Below, in pieces: positions 1 to 7,672 of a stretch of DNA of 64,000 bases; position 1 is the stretch's first letter; every line of letters begins with the position of its first letter. The stretch comes from an uncultured Myxococcales bacterium. Lineage in GTDB: Bacteria > Myxococcota_A > Polyangia > Palsa-1104 > JAEUJZ01. The position numbers and the translations under genes are program-made. Under the pieces are notes generated by a model. It made no database searches. It saw only the letters and a list, made by a program, of their open reading frames with translations, and was not told the origin of the DNA. The stretch lies in the NCBI GenBank assembly GCA_964460115.1, contig CAYWPR010000028.1, forward strand, positions 1,904-65,903, in the 5' to 3' direction.

Positions 1-1825
1 CTGCAGGCAATAGCCCACTGAAATTGCCGCCAAGGGATCGCAAAATCGGAGCATTGCCGTTGTTACTGAGAATAAATGCCTCTTGCGGACTGGCGGCGTA
101 GACCGCCGAATAACTGCTTCCGGACATGACGCTGCTTGGTACTTCGACCGGAATAAAGCCTTGGCCGCTGTTGTGAACGATGACGCCCTCGGTGCTATTG
201 CCACCGACGACCCAGATGTCGCTGGGGCTTGTCGCCGAAACCGCGACATATTGATCTGAGCTGGGAAAACCGGGCGTTCCATAGGCCTTTAGGCTCGCGC
301 CATTCCAGTGCACGATGGCGCCATGCTGTCCGACGGCCCAAAAATCGTCCGAGCTGATCGCAAATCCGGCGAGCAGAGTTTGCCGAGTGACCGTATTAAA
401 CCGAGCCAGCGACGTGCCGTTCCAATGCAGAACCGCGCCGTCGTCTCCGACCATCCAGGCATCGTTTGGACCAAGCGCATACACGGCATACAGGCTGCCG
501 AGCCCCGGATAGCCGGTTTGCTCATGAAATATATCGCCGTCGAAGATTTCCAGGCTGCCGCTCGCGCCGACAAAAAAGAGGCTTTGATCGCTGGCTCCAC
601 CTAAGCCCAAGCGGGCCGGTGAACTGCCGCCGATGCTTTGAAATTGCGAGCCGTTTTTGCGATAGACAAAGCCGTTTTGGCTCAGCACGATGACCGAGTC
701 GCGGCTGGCGTAGACGCTGCCAAGGGCTGGCAGGCCAGCGGCGTCAATCGGCGAAAAAGCCGTTCCATCGTAATGGAAAATCGCGCCACTGCCTGCTGCG
801 GTCGCGCCAACCACCCAAACGTCATTGGCGCTTGCGCCAGCGATGCCCTGAAACATTCCGCTTTGCGGCTCGGGTCCTTTTACAACCGTCCACAACGCCC
901 CGTCGTAATGGACGATGGTATTGTCTTGTCCGACGGCCCATATGTCATTTTGGGCACTGCCCCAAATCGCATACAGCGTTTTGTTTGTGGGCGTGGGTTG
1001 TAAGGTCCAAAAAACTCCGTCGTAGTGCAAAATTTGGCCGCCATCGCCCACGGCCCAAAAGTCGCTGCTTGTCGCCCCCCACAAACCGCGCCAGCTAATG
1101 TCGCCAGGCAGTGGGCTTTCGTAGCAGATGTTGCTGCTGTTGCAGAATTGCGGAAAAAATTCAGCCCCCACGGACATGGGACGGCTGACTTGCAGCGCAC
1201 ACGGTGCAAGTCCGGCGCAGGCCCCCGACCAGCCGCCGAAATAGAATCGCTCGCTGGCCATCGGCGACAAAACGATGTTGCTGCCCGCGGGAACCTCAAA
1301 CACACACTGCTTGCTGCAGCGAAATCCCGCCAGATTGAGGGACACTTCTCCCATGCCGGCGGTCTTTACGGTCATGGCGCATACGGCCGGCGAACGCACA
1401 TCCAAATGGATGCTCACGGCAATGCGATCGTCCATAGAGGCAGAGCCGACGATAGAGACTTCGCCGCGGCCAGTGGCCAATGCACAGCCGTCTGCCCCAA
1501 GCGCGCGCACCTCGACGACAAAATTGCCGCTGGCGCCGCTTGGCAGGGGATAGGTCACCTGCGTAACCGTCGAAGCCAGCACATCTAGATCACGCAGCGG
1601 CGCGCCGTCGAGTGCACCCAAAAAGGTCAGGTTCTTGACCCCCGTCGGCGTCCCACTGATATTGACGACGATGGTCGGTCCCCCGGCTTTTCCACAGCCG
1701 ATGGCATGCACAAATGCGCAGAGCCACAAGCCAACCCAAAAGGCCTGGCGCGCCAGGCGCCAAATCAATGAAAATTGCTGCCGCGCAAGCCTAAACCTCG
1801 GTTTGCTATCGACAAAATAATACAT
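1..1825 (-). CDS. Lipoprotein with a multi-blade beta-propeller (3'-partial, runs off the left edge); paralog of 9814-11118 and 11157-12446
   Basis: Absent from the ORF track because no stop lies inside the window. Manual reverse translation from ATG at 1825 gives MYYFVDSKPRFRLARQQFSLIWRLARQAFWVGLWLCAFVHAIGCG (signal plus lipobox Cys). The frame then stays open down to position 2. It carries repeated blades (LWGATSSDFWAVGDGGQILHYDGVFW; IWGSAQNDIWAVGQDNTIVHYDGALW; GPNDAWMVGDDGAVLHWNGTSL; SSDDFWAVGQHGAIVHWNGASL). Confidence 0.8.
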   Translation of the reverse strand, partial: MYYFVDSKPRFRLARQQFSLIWRLARQAFWVGLWLCAFVHAIGCGKAGGPTIVVNISGTPTGVKNLTFLGALDGAPLRDLDVLASTVTQVTYPLPSGASGNFVVEVRALGADGCALATGRGEVSIVGSASMDDRIAVSIHLDVRSPAVCAMTVKTAGMGEVSLNLAGFRCSKQCVFEVPAGSNIVLSPMASERFYFGGWSGACAGLAPCALQVSRPMSVGAEFFPQFCNSSNICYESPLPGDISWRGLWGATSSDFWAVGDGGQILHYDGVFWTLQPTPTNKTLYAIWGSAQNDIWAVGQDNTIVHYDGALWTVVKGPEPQSGMFQGIAGASANDVWVVGATAAGSGAIFHYDGTAFSPIDAAGLPALGSVYASRDSVIVLSQNGFVYRKNGSQFQSIGGSSPARLGLGGASDQSLFFVGASGSLEIFDGDIFHEQTGYPGLGSLYAVYALGPNDAWMVGDDGAVLHWNGTSLARFNTVTRQTLLAGFAISSDDFWAVGQHGAIVHWNGASLKAYGTPGFPSSDQYVAVSATSPSDIWVVGGNSTEGVIVHNSGQGFIPVEVPSSVMSGSSYSAVYAASPQEAFILSNNGNAPILRSLGGNFSGLLPA

Positions 1826-1907
1826 GTAGCCCCCATGTAATATAAAATACCTAATTCAAATTCATCTATGTCGATGCGGCCCTTGCCCAAGGCCTTGGGC
1901 AAATTGG

Positions 1908-2108
1908 CTAGTTTAGGTCAATAACGATGACGCAGGAGCCGCTGCAAATCGCCTTCTCTTCGTCGGCAGCCTGGTCTTTTTGGGGCGGAGCTAGAGGCAG
2001 GTTCAGAGACAAACTAAGGGGCTGTGGCTCTATGTGGCTATAGTGCGGCTGAGCTCGCGACGTATCGACACCTTTTTGCTGACGCTGGCGTCTTGTGCGG
2101 TGTGCCAT
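1908..2108 (-). CDS. Small hypothetical protein (66 aa): basic N-terminus, Pro-rich middle, Cys-containing hydrophobic C-terminus
   Basis: The internal ATG at 2108 is preceded by AGGGAGGGG (complement of 2112-2120), a strong SD. Product: MAHRTRRQRQQKGVDTSRAQPHYSHIEPQPLSLSLNLPLAPPQKDQAADEEKAICSGSCVIVIDLN. No family recognised. Confidence 0.35.
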   Translation of the reverse strand: MAHRTRRQRQQKGVDTSRAQPHYSHIEPQPLSLSLNLPLAPPQKDQAADEEKAICSGSCVIVIDLN

Positions 2109-2278
2109 GATCCCCTCCCTATGTCGAGTTGACGGTGGCGCTTGTGGCTGCATGGCGATGACAGTTACAAGGCTCCTACACCATGAAAAAAATTACTGTT
2201 CTTGATTACGATATCATCATTTGATGATGTGGCGCTACCTCAAACGGCTCGCCGCTGCCTGCAAATAAGCAAGACTGC

Positions 2279-3481
2279 TTGCGCTGCTCGGGCGGCGCGG
2301 GTATGGAGTTTTCTATGCAGAAGACCTGGCGATCGGCTACCGTAGCCGCCCTTAGCCTGATCGGCGCCGCAGTGGCCACCTATCTTACGGCCGTTCATTT
2401 GCGCCACCTGAGGACCGGCGCCAAAAGCGCGTGCACTTACAACCAGCTATTTGACTGCGACGTCGTCAATACCAGCCGATTTTCCGAACTGCTCGACGTG
2501 CCCATTTCACATCTAGGGCTGCTTTTTTACCTGGGGATGGGGATTTTGGCGGTGCTGGCGCTGCGGCAACCGGCGCAGCGGTCGCGATTGCAGGGCTATC
2601 TTTTTCTAGGCACTCTTCTGGCAAATGTTGCCTCGCTGTTTTTGGCCGGGGTGTCGTTTTTGCTGCTGCGCGCTGCCTGCGTTTTCTGCATCAGCCTGTA
2701 CGCCGTCAATCTGGTGACGCTTTTTGTTCTATGGCCTGGGGGATGGTCGGCTCTGCGCGCTTTGCCGACACACGGTGCAAAAGACGCGCATCAGCTTTTG
2801 CGGCCCTGGGTGCTACTTGCGGCGCTTTTCGTCGCAGCGGCGACGTATCAAATTCGCGGCGCCGTGCAGGCGGCGCATGTCGAGGCCGAAATTCGTCAAA
2901 ACAGCGTGCGCATAGACCTGCAGGATGCCGCGGCACCGTCGATTGGCAAAAAAGATGCGTCGATCACCCTGGTCGAGGTCAGCGACTTCGAATGTCCGTT
3001 CTGCCAGCGCGCGGCGGAAACCGTGGCCGAGCTGCGCCGGCTGTATCCAGACAGCCTGCGCGTGGTTTTTCGCAATTTTCCGATCGACAAGGCGTGCAAT
3101 CCGCTTGTGAAGCAGCAAGTGCATGAAAATGCCTGTGCCGCCGCGCGGGCGGCGCTATGCGCGAACGCGCAAGGGCAGTTTTGGCCGTATGCCGAGCTGC
3201 TATTTGGCGGCGCCACCGAGCCAGCCGATTTGCGGCAGCATGTACGGACGCTAGGACTTGACGAGGCCGCGTTTGGCGCCTGCCTAGACGCCCCGGCCAC
3301 CGCTGCTCGCGTCGCTAACGATATTGCGGCATGCACTCGAGCGGGAATCACCGGCGTCCCGGTATTTTTCATCAACGGTCGCCGGCTGGCCGGCGCCAAA
3401 CCACTGGCCGAGTTCCGTGCTCTTATCGACGATGAGCTAAATTCTCGTCGCGATGCATCCTTGGCAAATTCTCGACGCTGA
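2279..3481 (+). CDS. Vitamin K epoxide reductase (VKOR) domain fused to a DsbA-like thioredoxin domain
   Basis: The N-terminal half has TM helices, a loop Cys pair (SACTYNQLFDCDVV) and a membrane CxxC (AACVFCISLY). The C-terminal half has a thioredoxin-fold CPFC (EVSDFECPFCQRAAE). The ORF opens at TTG 2279; ATG 2303 or 2315 (MQKTWRS) is more likely the true start. Confidence 0.85.
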   Translation: MRCSGGAGMEFSMQKTWRSATVAALSLIGAAVATYLTAVHLRHLRTGAKSACTYNQLFDCDVVNTSRFSELLDVPISHLGLLFYLGMGILAVLALRQPAQRSRLQGYLFLGTLLANVASLFLAGVSFLLLRAACVFCISLYAVNLVTLFVLWPGGWSALRALPTHGAKDAHQLLRPWVLLAALFVAAATYQIRGAVQAAHVEAEIRQNSVRIDLQDAAAPSIGKKDASITLVEVSDFECPFCQRAAETVAELRRLYPDSLRVVFRNFPIDKACNPLVKQQVHENACAAARAALCANAQGQFWPYAELLFGGATEPADLRQHVRTLGLDEAAFGACLDAPATAARVANDIAACTRAGITGVPVFFINGRRLAGAKPLAEFRALIDDELNSRRDASLANSRR

Positions 3482-3525
3482 CCGCTGACTGAAGCAGTTC
3501 AAAAATGGTATAAGATCGCGAAATC

Positions 3526-5145
3526 ATGAATGTTCGCTCACATTCGCTGACTTCGTCGAGTGCTTCTGCCAAAGCGCCCACCCTAGATGCCGAGAAGCTC
3601 GGCGAAGAACTGAAGACCTCCGCGCGCCGCGGGCTGGCTTATATCTCGCTGGCCAAGATGTGGTTTCTGTTCGCCGGGCTGCTTATGCAATTGCTGCTGC
3701 CGCGGGTGTTCGGCAATTCCGCGCTATACGGCATGTGGACGCTGGTGGTCGCTTGGCTTTCGACCCCAAATAACGTGATGGTCACAGCCACGGTGCAGGC
3801 GGTCTCGCATTTTACCGCGCGAGGGGCCGTTGAAGCCGCCAAGCGAACGGCGTTGCGAATGAATCTGTGGCTGGGCTGCGGCACGGCTCTGGGGTTTTTT
3901 CTGCTGGCGCCAGCCATTGCCGCCTTCGAACATGATTCGGAACTGGCGCCGCACCTGCGCCTGGCTGCCGCCATTGTGCTTTTGTACAGTTTTTATGCGG
4001 TGTTTGTGGGGTCGGCCAATGGCGCGCGGCAGTTTCATAAGCAGGCCGGACTCGACATGGTGTTTGCGACGCTGCGGGTCGGGCTGGTGCTAATCGCGGC
4101 GGCGCTGTGGCATGCCACGCTGCCCGCGGTGGGCGGCTGGGCGCTGACCGCGGTGCTTTGCTTGCTGTTGTCGGTGTTTTGGGTGGGTCTGCCGCCAAAG
4201 GCCGCTGCGGCTGAAGCGGTGCCGGTACGGCGAATGCTTGGCTACATTAGCTGGCTGCTTGTGTACCTGTCGGCCATCAATGTGCTGATGTTTTTAGACG
4301 GCTGGTGGCTTAAGCGCTTGTGCACGGAAGCGGCGCTTTTCAGCGGCGTTTCCGATGTCAAACGCAGTGTCGATGCCCTGGTCGGAGTCTACGGCGCCGC
4401 CCAAACAGTGGCTCGGCTGCCTTATCAACTGATTCTGGCCGGAGCCTTTGTGGTCTTTCCGCTGCTTTCGGTCCCGGCGCTACAAGCCGACCGCAATTTG
4501 GCCCGGCAATACGTGACCACGACGCTGCGCTACGCCACGGTGGCGATGCTGGCCATGGTCGTGGCATTGGGGGCGCGCCCCGAAGCGACGCTGCGGCTAC
4601 TATACCCAAGCGAGTACAGCACCGGCGCCGCCAGTCTGGCAATTCTGCTTTCCGCCTATGCTTGCTTCTCGCTATTGACCATCGTTGGCACCATTACCAA
4701 TTCACTTGGCTACACGGCAGAGACGGCAGGCATTGGTTTGCTAACTGCAATCGCCACTTGTGTTTCGGTATACACATCGATACGCCAAGGTCTGACGCTG
4801 CACGAGCAGCCGCTGCGCGCGGCAGCCTTTGGGCTGTTTGTGGGAATGGCCGGGGGCCTTGTGGCCAGCCTGGTCTTTTTGTATGCGCGCCTGCGTGCCA
4901 CTTTGCCCGTTTCGACGCTGCTACGCGCCGGGGTGGCGCTTGGCGCCAGTCTTTTTATCGGGCGGCTTTGGCCGGCTCCGGGGACTGCCGGGTTGCTCGG
5001 CAGCAAGTTAGGCACCTTACTCAGCAGCGGAGTCGCTTTGGCCGTATATCTCGGCGTGCTTTTCGTACTGCGCGAGCTTTCCCTCGCAGAAATCTTGTCT
5101 CTGCGTCGCCGACGCCCGCAAACCTCTGCATTGGACTCAGTGTAA
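3526..5145 (+). CDS. Polytopic membrane protein, Wzx/MurJ-like (MOP-superfamily) polysaccharide or oligosaccharide flippase family
   Basis: 539 aa and almost entirely hydrophobic helices (about 12-14). The general look is that of polysaccharide-biosynthesis flippases. It lies 44 nt downstream of the VKOR gene on the same strand. Confidence 0.65.
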   Translation: MNVRSHSLTSSSASAKAPTLDAEKLGEELKTSARRGLAYISLAKMWFLFAGLLMQLLLPRVFGNSALYGMWTLVVAWLSTPNNVMVTATVQAVSHFTARGAVEAAKRTALRMNLWLGCGTALGFFLLAPAIAAFEHDSELAPHLRLAAAIVLLYSFYAVFVGSANGARQFHKQAGLDMVFATLRVGLVLIAAALWHATLPAVGGWALTAVLCLLLSVFWVGLPPKAAAAEAVPVRRMLGYISWLLVYLSAINVLMFLDGWWLKRLCTEAALFSGVSDVKRSVDALVGVYGAAQTVARLPYQLILAGAFVVFPLLSVPALQADRNLARQYVTTTLRYATVAMLAMVVALGARPEATLRLLYPSEYSTGAASLAILLSAYACFSLLTIVGTITNSLGYTAETAGIGLLTAIATCVSVYTSIRQGLTLHEQPLRAAAFGLFVGMAGGLVASLVFLYARLRATLPVSTLLRAGVALGASLFIGRLWPAPGTAGLLGSKLGTLLSSGVALAVYLGVLFVLRELSLAEILSLRRRRPQTSALDSV

Positions 5146-5173
5146 ACTTCTAGATCAATTTCTGGAGGTCTTG

Positions 5174-5707
5174 ATGTCCTTTTCCCCACGCCCGATGAGC
5201 TTTGGCGATAGGCTAACGCTCGGACTTATCATCGGTTTTATTCTGTCGGCGTGGACCGTCGAACTTTACTGGCTGCTGAATCGCCAAAGCCTTTTGGCCC
5301 TGGCCGACACGCAAGGCTTGGCGCGCTTATTTCGGTGGTATGGTACGGGCGATCGTCGCTATTTTGACACAGTGTCTCCATTGAACGTAGCGATGGAGAC
5401 GATTAACGTAAGCGTTACGCAAATTGCCCACTTGCTGCTGATTTACGGAATTGTCAAACTCCGCCCGTATCGGCATCCTCTGCAACTTTGCGTCTCGTCG
5501 TATAGTGCCTACGGGCAGGTTCTATATCTGGCAGAAGCCCATTGCGCCGGATACGCCGCTATGCTGGATAAAAGCGCATGGGGGTTTTTCATTTTCTTGG
5601 TGCCCAATTTGCCATTTCTGCTAGGTCATCTCTATATGGCAGTTGATTCATTTCTGGCGTTAAGCAAGCCCGCCAAAATTTCAACCGACCGCTTGCAAAA
5701 TCATTAA
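5174..5707 (+). CDS. EBP-family (emopamil-binding protein / sterol delta8-delta7 isomerase-like, EXPERA fold) membrane protein
   Basis: About 177 aa with 4 hydrophobic helices. Comparison with human EBP, recalled from memory (this ORF / EBP):
- LFRWYGTGDRRY / LWKEYAKGDSRY
- VAMETINV / VCMETITA
- RHPLQLCVSSYSAYGQVLYLAEAH / [28 protein letters not shown]
- FLVPNLPFLLGH / FVFMNALWLVLPG
GGAGG (5164-5168) lies 5 nt before ATG 5174. The track starts at TTG 5171. Confidence 0.75.
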   Translation: MSFSPRPMSFGDRLTLGLIIGFILSAWTVELYWLLNRQSLLALADTQGLARLFRWYGTGDRRYFDTVSPLNVAMETINVSVTQIAHLLLIYGIVKLRPYRHPLQLCVSSYSAYGQVLYLAEAHCAGYAAMLDKSAWGFFIFLVPNLPFLLGHLYMAVDSFLALSKPAKISTDRLQNH

Positions 5708-7572
5708 AAAGATCCGTCGAAAATGCCAATGCCTAGGCTGACGCCGCCCCGCAGGTCCTGGCCGATCTGCAGTTGCGGCCGGCCGCTTTGCAAAGCCCGC
5801 AAGGGCAAAAGACGGCCCGCCGCGCTGTTCGAAAAACGCTGGTGCTGCCGATAGTGATTGACCAGGATGGCGGCCCCGAAAAGACCGGCCCCCAGGCCGG
5901 CAATTGCACACGGCACGGCGATATGTGCAGTTTCGTTCCACGAGCCGCTGCGCAGATATCCGATCCCCATCCCCAGTCCCCCGACGGTCAGACCGCCAAG
6001 CAAGCCGCCAAGATCGAGCAGCGCCACTTGGGCCCGCGATAGCTCGCGCGCCACCGGCAAGTGCGCAAGCCCGATGCCAAGCCCCACGCCGGAAAGGGCA
6101 GTGGCAAACACGATCCAGCCCCCTTCACCGGTGCGATCGGCAGACGACTGGCCGTAAAACGCCGTCTGCGGCCGATCGCTTATCAGATAGGCCCAGCCAA
6201 GCGCCCCCAAAAGCGTGCTCCACAGCGTCGTGCTATTGAATATGGCGGTGGCTCCGCTAGAAGGTTGCAGAAACCGATATACGGCGGTGCCGATGGTTCC
6301 GCCAATCAAGCCACTGCCGACAGCGAGCACATGCGGCAACGCCCCTTTGGGCTGCGAGCCCAAACCCAGTCCAAAGCCAATCAGCGCCCCCCACCCGGCC
6401 GAGCCAATCAAAAGCTGGGCCTGGCTTTGCGGCATCTCCCAGCCGGCAAAACCGGCCACGCTGGCCCCCAAAATCGCCGGAAGCGTCGCCGCGGCCAGCG
6501 GTTTGTAAATTCCCTCGCGCGGCAGGGTTTCAATCTCATCGCCGACAAATAGGCGCAATACCATAAGGCCAAGCGCGGCGCCGGCCACGGCCCCACCAAT
6601 CAGCATGTCCATGCGGCCCGATAGTTCGAGGCCAATGTGAAAATGCAAAGGCGTGCTTGGGGCCCCCGGTCCAAGGTCGAGCGGACGAAGCTGGGTCAGA
6701 TAAAATCGCCGTTCCAGTCGCAACCGATGATTGCCCAGCCCGATTTCGCCGCGATACGGGGTTTCGCCGAGCAAGCGATCGTCAAGGTACAGGCGGGCGC
6801 GCGGCTGCGAAGTCAGCTCGACCAGGCGCGGACGGGCGCGCAATTGGCGCGAAATCAGCATGGCCTGGCCCACGTGGGTTTCAAATTCTACTTGCTCGTC
6901 AAAGTAACCGTCGCGATGCATGCTTAGGCGGTAGTGCCCGGCTGGAACCGTAAAAATGCACGGCGTCTGACAAGAGGTCACCTCGGCAGTGCCTCCAGGC
7001 GGCGCCGCGACAGCTTCTTTGTCTAGCTCTTTGGCGACGACGCCAATTGCTTCCATTTGGGCGGTGACCGGATCGGGCACGGCGCTGACCGAGACGCGGG
7101 CCGGCAGGCTGGACAGCCGCCGCAAAGAACGCTCGGCCAAAAGCCGCCGCGTCTGCTGCAAATGCGCGGCGGCCAGATCGCTTGGCAGCGGCTCTTTTAG
7201 AAAGCGCCGAAACGCCACCATGGCGCCGTCGTAGTCAAGCAGCCGCTCGCAAGCGAGCGCCAGGTTGTACAAAGTATTCGGATGCGGCAAGAGCTCGTAG
7301 GCTTCTTGATAGCGCTGTCGAGCAGTCTCAAAGTCGCCGTTTTGAAAGGCCAAAAGCGCTTCTTGAAAAGCCAGCGCGGCGCGTTCGCGTTCCGACGCTT
7401 TGTTCGCATGCTGTTCTAGGCTCGGCGCTTTCTCCGAGGCTGAGCTTTTACTAGGCGCATCCGGCGCAGCGGTCGGACGCGGCTGGGCCATGATGCGCGG
7501 CGCTTGCAGGGCCAATGACAACATCGTCAAAAACGCGGTGATCGCGAAGATATAGATGTTGCGCAGCACCAA
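5704..7572 (-). CDS. TPR-like plus PEGA-domain protein with a large Gly-rich polytopic C-terminal membrane region
   Basis: Signal-like N-terminus. TPR-like segment: AFQEALLAFQNGDFETARQRYQEAYELLPHPNTLYNLALACERLLDYDGAMVAFRRFL. PEGA-like beta segments: VPAGHYRLSMHRDGYFDEQVEF and TSQPRARLYLDDRLLGETPYRGEIGLGNHRLRLERRFY. About 300 aa of G/A/L-rich TM helices follow. The start is TTG 7572, or ATG 7524. Confidence 0.75.
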   Translation of the reverse strand: MVLRNIYIFAITAFLTMLSLALQAPRIMAQPRPTAAPDAPSKSSASEKAPSLEQHANKASERERAALAFQEALLAFQNGDFETARQRYQEAYELLPHPNTLYNLALACERLLDYDGAMVAFRRFLKEPLPSDLAAAHLQQTRRLLAERSLRRLSSLPARVSVSAVPDPVTAQMEAIGVVAKELDKEAVAAPPGGTAEVTSCQTPCIFTVPAGHYRLSMHRDGYFDEQVEFETHVGQAMLISRQLRARPRLVELTSQPRARLYLDDRLLGETPYRGEIGLGNHRLRLERRFYLTQLRPLDLGPGAPSTPLHFHIGLELSGRMDMLIGGAVAGAALGLMVLRLFVGDEIETLPREGIYKPLAAATLPAILGASVAGFAGWEMPQSQAQLLIGSAGWGALIGFGLGLGSQPKGALPHVLAVGSGLIGGTIGTAVYRFLQPSSGATAIFNSTTLWSTLLGALGWAYLISDRPQTAFYGQSSADRTGEGGWIVFATALSGVGLGIGLAHLPVARELSRAQVALLDLGGLLGGLTVGGLGMGIGYLRSGSWNETAHIAVPCAIAGLGAGLFGAAILVNHYRQHQRFSNSAAGRLLPLRALQSGRPQLQIGQDLRGGVSLGIGIFDGSF

Positions 7573-7672
7573 ATTCGACCGCCAAGCAGATTGGGCGGAG
7601 CCTAACGCGAATCGCTTAGCATGTCACTGGGGCCAAAGCCCGCTTTTCAGGCCGGTTCGGCCAAAAAGTGAT

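Noticed and set aside
308-1588. Plus-strand ORFs 308-604, 638-1003 and 1025-1588, and minus-strand ORFs 289-600 and 880-1305
   Set aside because: All lie inside the long open minus-strand frame that encodes a coherent repeat-containing lipoprotein. Their own products are Arg/Ala/Pro-rich low-information sequences, typical of off-frame translation in GC-rich DNA.
2183-2224. 13-codon AT-rich mini-ORF (MKKITVLDYDIII) upstream of the VKOR-DsbA gene, as a possible leader peptide
   Set aside because: It has only a weak SD-like AAGG 11 nt upstream and no attenuator-like alternative structures. A short hairpin (CATCAT-TTG-ATGATG) overlaps its end, but this is insufficient evidence.
7556-7672. N-terminal extensions of track ORFs: 7556, 18344, 20784 (minus), 25236, 25241, 31219, 32603, 34276, 35130, 40077, 40921, 45296, 48821, 50740, 52710, 54857 and 57282
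   Set aside because: The extensions overlap neighbouring genes, lack an SD or precede an obvious signal peptide or conserved N-terminus. I preferred internal starts with an SD or a 4-nt stop/start overlap. Exact starts remain uncertain.
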